A stretch of DNA of 20,000 nt from an uncultured virus (IMG/VR IMGVR_UViG_3300020204_003072) (Duplodnaviria; Heunggongvirae; Uroviricota; Caudoviricetes), in IMG/VR virus record IMGVR_UViG_3300020204_003072, positions 107,689 through 127,688 of that record. One strand, given 5' to 3'. A program made the translations under genes and the position numbers. Under the pieces are notes generated by a model that was given only the letters and a program-made list of their open reading frames with translations, was not told the DNA's origin and did not search any database. Position 1 is the stretch's first letter; each line of letters begins with the position of its first letter. Of the stretch, positions 1 through 7,977 are shown one piece after another.

Positions 1-819
1 GATTCATTCTGTTTGGGTGATACAATTTGTTTTTCATCTTTAATGGATGCTTTTATGGATTATCATAAACCAAAATATGTTTGGGTTACAACATTTTTTC
101 CACATCTTTTAAAATCAAATAGGTCAGACTATGAATTTACAAATGCAAATCAAAATGGTTTTATTGAAATAGACAAGTTACTTGATATTGGTTATGATAA
201 AAATAATATGTCACATACATTGGGTGGTATGTTTTATGCCGCGAAGGATACAATGCGTTTACCACAAGATACAAAACCAGGTAAATGTCCCGTAATTCCA
301 AAACTGAGAACAATAGACCAAAAAAAAATAACAATAGGTCCAGAAACAATCAAAGAAATTTCACAATGGAAATATAATGGTAATATGGGTTGGCAAGAAG
401 TTGTTGATTCTTTACATAATGGTGGTTATGATGTTTACAACATTTCTTATGAAGATACGATTAATTTAAAAAATGTTATTGGTTTTCACGGCCACAATGA
501 TTTAAATGTTGCAATTGACCATATTGTCAACTCAAGATTTTTTGTTGGGTTATCGTCTGGACTTTCTTGGCTTGCCTGGGCCTATGGCGTACCAGTTGTT
601 ATGATTTCTAATTTCACGAAAAGTCAAAACGAATTTGATTGTTTTAGAGTTAGAAACCCTTATGTTTGTAATGGATGTTTTAATATGTTTCCTAATATAA
701 AAACAAAATGTCCAATATTTTTGGGGACAGAAAGAGAAAACGAATGTCACACAAAGATTACACCAAGTATGTTGATAGATAAAATCAACGAAGCAATTAT
801 CTTTACTAACAAAAATTAA
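1..819 (+). CDS. Aah/TibC-like (autotransporter O-heptosyltransferase family, GT-B) glycosyltransferase, 5'-truncated by the window
   Basis: Frame 1 is open from base 1 (DSFCLGDTIC..., resembling the 'LGDT' N-terminal motif), so the TTG at 13 is probably not the start. It contains FFVGLSSGLSWLAWAYGVPVVMISNF and a C-x2-C-x10-C-x11-C cluster (codons at 667, 676, 709, 745) like the TibC iron-finger. Confidence 0.75.
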   Translation, partial: DSFCLGDTICFSSLMDAFMDYHKPKYVWVTTFFPHLLKSNRSDYEFTNANQNGFIEIDKLLDIGYDKNNMSHTLGGMFYAAKDTMRLPQDTKPGKCPVIPKLRTIDQKKITIGPETIKEISQWKYNGNMGWQEVVDSLHNGGYDVYNISYEDTINLKNVIGFHGHNDLNVAIDHIVNSRFFVGLSSGLSWLAWAYGVPVVMISNFTKSQNEFDCFRVRNPYVCNGCFNMFPNIKTKCPIFLGTERENECHTKITPSMLIDKINEAIIFTNKN

Positions 820-835
820 ATTTTATAATCATATT

Positions 836-1720
836 ATGGGAAAAAAATATTCGATATTTCATTTAGAAGGTGGATTAGGAAAACACGTTCTATCAACGGC
901 AGTTGCAAAATGTATAAAAAATAATCATCCAGATAGGGAATTGATAATTGTTTGTGCTTACCCAGAAATATTTTTAAATTTAGATTTTGTAGATAGGGTA
1001 TATAGAATTGGTATAACACCTTATTTTTATGATGATTACATTAAAAATAAAGATAGTTTAATTTTTAAACACGAACCATATTTTACAACTGATCATATTC
1101 AGAAAAAATTACCATTAATTATGAATTGGTGTAAACTTTTTGGTTTAGAATACAATAATGAAATGCCAATACTATCTTTCAATTTAAGACAACAACAAGT
1201 TGCATTTAATAAATGGAAACGTGAAAAACCTATAATGGTTATTCAAACAAATGGTGGTCCACTACAAGAACAACCATTTCCATATTCTTGGACAAGAGAC
1301 ATTCCATTTGATGTTGCACAAAAAATTGTTGACCAATTTTCACAATATTATCATATAATACAAATTTGTAGAGATCAAACAAATGTTTTACAAAATGTTG
1401 AAGCACACACAGAACCTATGTCTAATATGGAATTATTTTCGTTACTAGCATATGCTCAAAAAAGATTATTAATTGATTCTTGTTTACAACATGCAGCAGC
1501 GGCTATGGGTCTTACATCAACTGTATTATGGATTGGTACATCACCAAAAGTATTCGGTTATCCAATACATACAAATGTTATTGCCGAATTACCAACAACA
1601 GTTAAATTACCAGATAGTTACTTATTTGATTATAACTTCAATGGTACTATTCACGAATGTCCTTTATTCGATACAAACATCTTTAATATAAACGAAATAA
1701 TTGAAACACTAAAAAATTAA
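836..1720 (+). CDS. GT9-like (heptosyltransferase-fold, GT-B) glycosyltransferase
   Basis: N-terminal 'EGGLGKHVLST' (GGLGD-like) and C-terminal 'LLIDSCLQHAAAAMG...VLW...P..FGY', a typical GT9 signature. Confidence 0.7.
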   Translation: MGKKYSIFHLEGGLGKHVLSTAVAKCIKNNHPDRELIIVCAYPEIFLNLDFVDRVYRIGITPYFYDDYIKNKDSLIFKHEPYFTTDHIQKKLPLIMNWCKLFGLEYNNEMPILSFNLRQQQVAFNKWKREKPIMVIQTNGGPLQEQPFPYSWTRDIPFDVAQKIVDQFSQYYHIIQICRDQTNVLQNVEAHTEPMSNMELFSLLAYAQKRLLIDSCLQHAAAAMGLTSTVLWIGTSPKVFGYPIHTNVIAELPTTVKLPDSYLFDYNFNGTIHECPLFDTNIFNINEIIETLKN

Positions 1721-1723
1721 TTT

Positions 1724-2542
1724 ATGGTACAAAAAATATTTTTCCAAAGCTCACTCCCCAGAGCTGGATCAACATTACTTCAAAATGTCATGGGACAAAA
1801 TCCTGAATTTTACGTAACGCCAACATCGGGTGTTTTAGAATTGGTTTACGCAGCCAGAGCTAATTACACATCATCTCCAGAATTCAAAGCACAAGACGCT
1901 GAATTGATGAAAAATGGATTCTTAAATTTCTGTAATCAAGGAATGTTGGGTTTTTTTAACGGTGTAACAGATAGACCATACATCTTAGATAAAAGTAGGG
2001 GTTGGGGTATTCATTATGGTTTTTTAAATTCTTTTTATCCAGAACCTAAAATAATTTGTATGGTTAGAGATTTACGTGGAATTTTTGCTTCTATGGAAAA
2101 GAATTTTAGAAAAAGTCAACATATGGATTCTGGTATTGTTAATCACGCACAGATGCAAGGAACAACAACAGAAAAAAGAATTGATATTTGGTCACAGTCT
2201 CAACCAGTTGGTTTGGCCGTAGAACGACTTTATCAAGTTTTCAAAGAAGGTATTAATCAAAAAATGTTATTTGTAAAATTCGAAGATTTTACTTCGAACC
2301 CAAAAAAAGAAATGGAAAGAATTTATAATTATCTTGAATTACCTTATTTTGAACACGATTTTAATAATGTAGAACAAATAACTGTTGAAGATGACTCTGT
2401 TTATGGAATTTATGGTGACCACACAATTAAATCTAAAATACAACCATTAAAACTTGATTATAAAGAAGTTTTAGGAACACCGGCTTGTAACTGGATAAAA
2501 CAAAAACATCAATGGTTTTACGATCAATTCGGTTATTTTTGA
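1724..2542 (+). CDS. PAPS-dependent sulfotransferase (Sulfotransfer_3-like)
   Basis: 5'-PSB loop 'SLPRAGSTLL', 'LDKSR', 3'-PB 'KIICMVRDLRGIFAS', 'VKFEDF...P...MERIYNYLEL'. Confidence 0.88.
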   Translation: MVQKIFFQSSLPRAGSTLLQNVMGQNPEFYVTPTSGVLELVYAARANYTSSPEFKAQDAELMKNGFLNFCNQGMLGFFNGVTDRPYILDKSRGWGIHYGFLNSFYPEPKIICMVRDLRGIFASMEKNFRKSQHMDSGIVNHAQMQGTTTEKRIDIWSQSQPVGLAVERLYQVFKEGINQKMLFVKFEDFTSNPKKEMERIYNYLELPYFEHDFNNVEQITVEDDSVYGIYGDHTIKSKIQPLKLDYKEVLGTPACNWIKQKHQWFYDQFGYF

Positions 2543-2544
2543 TT

Positions 2545-3000
2545 ATGAAAGAAAAAAAGATTTATTGGTTTACAGGACAACCAGGTGCTGGTAAGACTGT
2601 TTTGGCAACAATGTTAAAAACAATTTTAGAAAAAGAATATGGAAATAAAGTATTCCATATTGATGGTGATGAATTAAGAAGACTTTTTAATAACCAAAAA
2701 TACGGTAGAAAAGGTCGCGAAGAAAATATAAAAAGAGCACAAGACATTGCAAAATTCTTATTAGTTCAAGGATATGATGTGATTGTAAGCTTGGTTGCAC
2801 CTTACAAAGAACTAAGAGAAAGTTTTAAATATGACTTACAAAATTTATTGGTTGAATTTTATGTTCACACAACAGACATACGTGGTAGAGAACATTATCA
2901 CACGGATGAATATGAAAAACCATTAGAAAAATTTATAGACCTTGATACAACTGGTGTTGACCCACAAATAACATTAAATGAAATTATTAAACATATATGA
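2545..3000 (+). CDS. cysC: Adenylyl-sulfate (APS) kinase, compact form
   Basis: 'WFTGQPGAGKT' P-loop, 'IDGDELR', 'GREENIKRA', 'VSLVAPY', 'YEKP'. Start moved to the ATG at 2545, 2 nt after the sulfotransferase stop. Confidence 0.88.
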   Translation: MKEKKIYWFTGQPGAGKTVLATMLKTILEKEYGNKVFHIDGDELRRLFNNQKYGRKGREENIKRAQDIAKFLLVQGYDVIVSLVAPYKELRESFKYDLQNLLVEFYVHTTDIRGREHYHTDEYEKPLEKFIDLDTTGVDPQITLNEIIKHI

Positions 3001-3476
3001 ATTGGGAAAGAAAAAATTATGGTGGAAGAGCAACAGATAATGAAAGTAAAAAATATGCAATTTTTATAGGCCGCTTCCAACCGTATCATTATGGACATAT
3101 CGAACTTATTCAACAAAAATTAAAAAATGGAAGTCCAGTTTTAATTATGGTTAGGGATATTGAACCAGATGAAAAAAATCCTTTTACAACTGAACAGACG
3201 GTTTCTATGATTAAAAAATATCACCAGTCAAAAAATGACGACGTTAAAGTTATTGTTATTCCAGATATTGAGTCTGTTAATTTTGGTAGAGGTGTTGGAT
3301 ATGAAATTAATGAGTTCATTCCACCAAAAGATATTGGTGGTATTTCCGCAACAGGAATTAGAAATTCAATAAAAAATGATGACGATTATTGGAAAAAAAT
3401 GGTTGATATTTCAATACAAGAAGATGTTTTAAACTATCTAACAAATGAAAACACAGAACAAAACATATCAAATTAG
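2997..3476 (+). CDS. HxGH-type (cytidylyltransferase-like) nucleotidyltransferase; candidate sulfate adenylyltransferase
   Basis: 'FIGRFQPYHYGH' (HxGH), 'KNPF', 'ISATGIR' (SxT/SxxR). ATGA overlap with the cysC stop suggests translational coupling. Substrate is inferred from context only. Confidence 0.75.
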   Translation: MNWERKNYGGRATDNESKKYAIFIGRFQPYHYGHIELIQQKLKNGSPVLIMVRDIEPDEKNPFTTEQTVSMIKKYHQSKNDDVKVIVIPDIESVNFGRGVGYEINEFIPPKDIGGISATGIRNSIKNDDDYWKKMVDISIQEDVLNYLTNENTEQNISN

Positions 3477-3885
3477 ATATAATACCGTATCAAAAAATGA
3501 TACAGAAAGATGGAGATTACTTGAAAACGGAAATGAAATCTTGGTTTCAGATATTATAATTGACGGACACACTCAAACAACAAAAGACTGGATGCCAGAA
3601 ATAAATGATTATAAATGGCATATTAGTTGTGTTGGTAATTGTGTTGTAAAAAATAATACTGCATACATTACAACAATAAAAGAAGATTCGGTTGTCATTA
3701 GACACATACTAAAAACTTTAACGTATCGTTTTTTTGCAACACTGACAACAATAGCTACGGCATTATTTCTTGGTGCTTCATTAGAAGTTTCTTCTTTAAT
3801 TGGTTTGGGTGAATTATTAATTAAACCCTTTATCTATTTTCTACACGAAAGAGCTTGGTATAAATTAATTAAAATCAAAAAATAA
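3445..3885 (+). CDS. Protein with a soluble N-terminal domain and a C-terminal DUF2061-like two-helix membrane domain
   Basis: C-terminus 'RHILKTLTYRFFATLTT...IGLGELLIKPFIYFLHERAW' matches the DUF2061 pattern (R..KT..YR ... YY.HER.W). Confidence 0.7.
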   Translation: MKTQNKTYQIRYNTVSKNDTERWRLLENGNEILVSDIIIDGHTQTTKDWMPEINDYKWHISCVGNCVVKNNTAYITTIKEDSVVIRHILKTLTYRFFATLTTIATALFLGASLEVSSLIGLGELLIKPFIYFLHERAWYKLIKIKK

Positions 3886-3898
3886 ATCTTTTTCATTG

Positions 3899-3906
3899 TA
3901 TTTATA
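3899..3906 (+). promoter_or_regulatory. TATTTATA motif, putative phage late promoter
   Basis: 9 nt upstream of ATG 3916; the same octamer recurs upstream of several virion-type genes. Confidence 0.5.
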
Positions 3907-3915
3907 AAAAATACG

Positions 3916-4224
3916 ATGAGTCAAATTATAACAATACAAAGTGTAAATTTTAGTGGTGAACCAGCCCAAATCTTATTTAAACCAGATAATAGTAATATTA
4001 CTATAAATATAGGTTTAGTTACAGTTCCATATACATTTCAACCTGATTTATTAACACCGCCACAAGAAATTTATGGAACATATACAATATCGACAGATGG
4101 TGGTAATTGTACAAACTTTTTAGATGTACCAAGACCTACACCTAAAAATACTCCTATAGGAACAAAAACTGTAACCCACACCAAAATTAAGTCTAATGAG
4201 TTATTAATATGTCACACGAGATAA
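3916..4224 (+). CDS. Hypothetical beta-rich protein, probably virion-associated, with a degenerate Thr/Pro tract at the C-terminus
   Basis: ORF with A-rich leader and TATTTATA motif; Thr/Pro-rich composition. Confidence 0.55.
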   Translation: MSQIITIQSVNFSGEPAQILFKPDNSNITINIGLVTVPYTFQPDLLTPPQEIYGTYTISTDGGNCTNFLDVPRPTPKNTPIGTKTVTHTKIKSNELLICHTR

Positions 4225-4427
4225 CAATATCTGGAACAACTGGAACACCCCCATATGATGTCTATGTATGTGATATTACAAATACATATTGTTATCTAGT
4301 ATCTGGTGGTACATACATTTCTACATACACATTTGAAGTTCCACAACCTCTAAATAATGTTGATTCATTAGTTGTAAAACTTATAGATTCAAACGGTTGT
4401 GAATTATTTAATTTTTATGAGTGTTAG
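4209..4427 (+). CDS. Small Cys-containing beta-sandwich-like hypothetical protein (probable virion decoration module)
   Basis: 'ITISGTTGTPPYDVYVCD...VVKLIDSNGC' resembles Ig/SprB-like modules (GTPPY ... DSNGC); 4 Cys. Confidence 0.6.
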   Translation: MSHEITISGTTGTPPYDVYVCDITNTYCYLVSGGTYISTYTFEVPQPLNNVDSLVVKLIDSNGCELFNFYEC

Positions 4428-4443
4428 TTATTTTTAACTAACT

Positions 4444-5688
4444 ATGACAATATTTGTGCAAATAGCATCTTACAGGGACCCACAACTTATACCAACAATT
4501 AAAGATATGTTGGATAAGGCAAAATATCCAGAAAATTTGAAATTAGGAATTGCAAGACAATATCATCCGAAAGATAGTTTTGATGATTTATCAGAATATA
4601 AAGATGATAATAGATTTAGAATTTTGAATATTATTTATACAGCATCCACCGGTGTCTGTTGGGCTCGTAACCAAGTACAACAATTATATAGTGGTGAAAC
4701 TTATACATTACAGATTGATTCCCATATGCGTTTTGAAAAAGATTGGGATGTTAGTCTAATTTATATGTTGAAGGAATTACAAAAAGACGGATATAAAAAA
4801 CCATTACTCACAGGTTACGTTTCGTCTTTTGACCCTGACAATGACCCACAAGGTAGAGTTAGAGACCCTTGGAGAATGGTATTTGATAGATTCACACCAG
4901 AAGGTGTTGTTTTCTTTTTACCAGAAATAATACCAGAATGGAAAGAACTAAAAAAACCAATTCCATCAAGATTTTATTCCGGCCATTTTTGTTTTACATT
5001 GGGTAAATTTTCAGTTGAGGTTCAACACGACCCAGAATATTATTTTCACGGGGAAGAAATTTCAATTGCTGTCAGAGCATACACACACGGATATGATTTA
5101 TTTCACCCAAATAGAATTGTTATTTGGCATGAATATACAAGAAAGAATAGAACAAAACAATGGGATGATGATAGTGTATGGTATAAGAAAAATGAAAGTT
5201 CACATTCGAAAAATAGAAAAGTATTAGGTGTTGATGGTGAAAAATTTGAAGGAAAATTAAAATATGGTTTTGGAAAAGAAAGAACAATACGTGATTACGA
5301 AAAATATGCTGGTATTCTTTTCGAAAAAAGATCTGTACAACAATATACAGTAGATAGAAACTATCCACCAAACCCTTATGATTATAAAAACGAAGATGAA
5401 TGGAAAGGGAGTTTTTTAAGAATATTCAAACATTGTATTGATGTTCCATTAGATAAAATCCCAGAAAAAGATTATGACTTTTTAGTTGTTGCTTTTCATA
5501 ATGATAGGAATGAAACAATATATCGTTCAGACGCTCAAGAAGATGAAATACAAAAAATAAAAAATGATACCGATGGTTACGGAAAAATATGGAGGGAATT
5601 TAACGCAAAAGAAAAACCAAAATATTGGGTTGTATGGCCACATTCGAAATCAAAAGGTTGGTGTGATAGGTTAGTTGGTAATTTATGA
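4444..5688 (+). CDS. GT60-like UDP-GlcNAc:polypeptide/hydroxyproline GlcNAc transferase (Pfam 'GlcNAc', Skp1 Gnt1-like)
   Basis: 'TIFVQIASYRDPQL', 'GVCWAR', 'LQIDSHMRF..DWD', 'F.GEEI....RAYTHGYDLFHP...WHEY'. Confidence 0.85.
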   Translation: MTIFVQIASYRDPQLIPTIKDMLDKAKYPENLKLGIARQYHPKDSFDDLSEYKDDNRFRILNIIYTASTGVCWARNQVQQLYSGETYTLQIDSHMRFEKDWDVSLIYMLKELQKDGYKKPLLTGYVSSFDPDNDPQGRVRDPWRMVFDRFTPEGVVFFLPEIIPEWKELKKPIPSRFYSGHFCFTLGKFSVEVQHDPEYYFHGEEISIAVRAYTHGYDLFHPNRIVIWHEYTRKNRTKQWDDDSVWYKKNESSHSKNRKVLGVDGEKFEGKLKYGFGKERTIRDYEKYAGILFEKRSVQQYTVDRNYPPNPYDYKNEDEWKGSFLRIFKHCIDVPLDKIPEKDYDFLVVAFHNDRNETIYRSDAQEDEIQKIKNDTDGYGKIWREFNAKEKPKYWVVWPHSKSKGWCDRLVGNL

Positions 5689-7355
5689 TAACACTTGTAA
5701 CTGGTTTATGGGATATTGGTAGAAGTAATCTTAATGAAGGATGGAATAGGTCTTTTGAATATTATTTAGAAAAATTCAAAGAACTTTTAGAAATAGATTG
5801 TAACTTAATTGTTTTTGGTGATAATAAATTAAAAGAATTTGTATTCAAATATAGAAAAACACATAATACAGAATTTATTAATAGGGATTTATCTTGGTTT
5901 AGAAATAACGAATACTTTGATAAAATTCAAAAAATAAGAACAAATCCCAATTGGTATAATATTTCTGGGTGGTTAAAAGAATCAACACAAGCAAGATTAG
6001 AATATTACAATCCACTTGTGATGTCCAAAATGTTTTTATTACATGACGCTTCATTACTTGACCCTTTTAATTCTGAAAAACTTTACTGGATTGACGCTGG
6101 ATTAACTAACACGGTTAATGTTGGGTATTTTACTCGTGACAATGTTTTGAACAAAATGAAAAATTTATTTGATAAATTTATGTTTATTGTATTTCCTTAT
6201 AATGCTGAAAATGAAGTTCACGGATTTGATTATAAAAAAATGTGTGACTATACGAAAATGAAAACAGAATTTGTATCGAGGGGTGGATTTTTTGGTGGTA
6301 CAAAAGAAAAAATTGCCGACTTAAATGTTTTATATTATCAATTATTAATAGACACATTGAACAAGAATTTAATGGGGACCGAAGAAAGTATTTTTACAAT
6401 AATGACTTATCTTTATCCATCTATGATTGATTATTGTGAAATAGAATCAAATGGTTTGGTGTATAAATTTTTTGAAGACGTAAAAAATAATACAGTTGTA
6501 ATTAAAAATAAAAAAAACAAAATTATAAAATCAAACACAAAATCTAATGGTGTTGGTTTATATGTTATAAGTTTTAATTCACCATCACAGTTTGAGTCAT
6601 TAATAAAAAGTATGTTATTTTATGACCCAAATTTTATTAACGGAACAAAGAAGTTTTTATTAAATAACTCAACGGATTTAAACACAACACCGAAATATAA
6701 TGAACTTTGTTTAAGATATGGTTTTGAACATATTAAAAAAGATAATATTGGTATAACTGGTGGGAGACAATTTATTTCCGAACATTTCAACAAAGAAGAA
6801 GACTTGGGTTATTATTTTTTCTTTGAAGATGATATGGGATTTGTGAATAAAAATTCTGGTGTTTGTAAAAATGGATTTAACCGATATGTGGAAAACCTTT
6901 TTTCAAAAACATTAAATATATTAAAGACAGAAGAGTTTGATTTTCTCAAAATGAACTTTACAGAATTTTTTGGTTCACACCAAACACAATGGTCCTGGTA
7001 TAATGTACCACAAGAATTTAGACAAAACTATTGGCCAAAAAAACCTAACTTGCCAGTCCAAGGTTATGACCCAGAAGCACCTTGTTTAGAATTTAAAAAT
7101 ATAAAGTCATATAATGGTCTACCATACGCTAGTGGTCAAATATATCTTTCTAATTGGCCAATTCTTATGTCAAAGGAAGGAAATTACAAATGTTATTTGA
7201 AAAATAGATTTGATTTTCCATATGAACAAACCCTAATGTCCTATAATTTTCAAGAAACTATTAAAGGTAATATAAAACCTGGACTATTACTTATTACACC
7301 AACAGAACACAACCGTTTTGATTTTTATGATGCTGAATTAAGAAAAGAATGTTGA
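5685..7355 (+). CDS. HtrL/YibB(WlaTC)-like glycosyltransferase fused to a C-terminal GT-A-like domain
   Basis: N-terminal 'ITLVTGLWDIGR', 'SKMFLL', 'YWIDAG', 'GGFFGG', 'GTEES'; second domain 'NIGITGGRQF...YFFFEDD'. ATGA overlap with the upstream gene. Confidence 0.7.
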   Translation: MITLVTGLWDIGRSNLNEGWNRSFEYYLEKFKELLEIDCNLIVFGDNKLKEFVFKYRKTHNTEFINRDLSWFRNNEYFDKIQKIRTNPNWYNISGWLKESTQARLEYYNPLVMSKMFLLHDASLLDPFNSEKLYWIDAGLTNTVNVGYFTRDNVLNKMKNLFDKFMFIVFPYNAENEVHGFDYKKMCDYTKMKTEFVSRGGFFGGTKEKIADLNVLYYQLLIDTLNKNLMGTEESIFTIMTYLYPSMIDYCEIESNGLVYKFFEDVKNNTVVIKNKKNKIIKSNTKSNGVGLYVISFNSPSQFESLIKSMLFYDPNFINGTKKFLLNNSTDLNTTPKYNELCLRYGFEHIKKDNIGITGGRQFISEHFNKEEDLGYYFFFEDDMGFVNKNSGVCKNGFNRYVENLFSKTLNILKTEEFDFLKMNFTEFFGSHQTQWSWYNVPQEFRQNYWPKKPNLPVQGYDPEAPCLEFKNIKSYNGLPYASGQIYLSNWPILMSKEGNYKCYLKNRFDFPYEQTLMSYNFQETIKGNIKPGLLLITPTEHNRFDFYDAELRKEC

Positions 7356-7361
7356 TTGGTA

Positions 7362-7369
7362 TATTTATA
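7362..7369 (+). promoter_or_regulatory. TATTTATA motif, putative phage late promoter
   Basis: 13 nt upstream of ATG 7383. Confidence 0.5.
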
Positions 7370-7382
7370 GTAAAAACTATAA

Positions 7383-7931
7383 ATGGAATTCTTTATTAAG
7401 AAAAATGCAACCCTTCCTTTATTAAAAATGCAAGTTGTCAAAGACGGCAGAAGTGATTTTAATAGAATGATGAGTCTTATTGAAGAATCTGCGATATTCT
7501 TTTCAATGGTTGATGTTGATACTGGGATACCAAAGATTATCACAAGACCAGCAGGATTTGTCGCAAAAGAAATGTTGGACCCAAATGCCGAACCAGAATA
7601 TTATGTTTATTATCAGTTTTCAAATACAGATACAAGAAAGGTTGGTAGGTATGAAGGACAATTTTTATTCAGAAATGATGATGGTGTTTTGATACTACCT
7701 TTGAGAGATAAGTTATATATTGATGTACAAGAAAGTTTTATTGGTGATTCATTAGAATATAACAATTGTTATGTTAGTGAATTTCCTTGTTGTAATACAA
7801 GCCCAGTTATTACTTCAACCACAACAACAATATGTTATATACCACCAAGTCCATTACCAGAAACATTTTATATACTAACAGAAAACGGTAATGTTCTGTA
7901 TACAGAAAACAATGATAAAATAATTTATTAA
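7383..7931 (+). CDS. Putative baseplate/fibre-associated structural protein (BppU N-terminal-like domain, Thr/Pro linker, C-terminal LTENG motif pair)
   Basis: 'FFIKKNATLP.L...YQF...DT...G.YEGQF......LILP' resembles BppU-N; 'TSTTTT..PPSP'; 'YILTENGNVLYTEN'; directly upstream of the fibre gene. Confidence 0.55.
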   Translation: MEFFIKKNATLPLLKMQVVKDGRSDFNRMMSLIEESAIFFSMVDVDTGIPKIITRPAGFVAKEMLDPNAEPEYYVYYQFSNTDTRKVGRYEGQFLFRNDDGVLILPLRDKLYIDVQESFIGDSLEYNNCYVSEFPCCNTSPVITSTTTTICYIPPSPLPETFYILTENGNVLYTENNDKIIY

Positions 7932-7957
7932 AAGTAAAGAATTTATAAAAATAAAAC

Positions 7958-7965
7958 TATTTATA
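7958..7965 (+). promoter_or_regulatory. TATTTATA motif, putative phage late promoter
   Basis: 12 nt upstream of ATG 7978. Confidence 0.5.
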
Positions 7966-7977
7966 AAATAAAAAAAA

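Noticed and set aside
2512..2544. Longer starts in the ORF track for cysC (2512) and polB (10670), and internal starts at 13 and 19851
   Set aside because: The extensions overlap the upstream gene or the leader hairpin, and the two edge ORFs stay open to the window boundary.
4425..4427. Stop-codon reassignment (TAG/TGA), as found in some large phages
   Set aside because: Genes are full-length and densely packed under code 11; TAG and TGA fall at sensible gene ends.
1..7355. Bacterial LPS/capsule biosynthesis locus
   Set aside because: No flippase, polymerase or nucleotide-sugar genes. It is interleaved with virion-like ORFs and linked to a gp13-like neck gene and phage-type polB.
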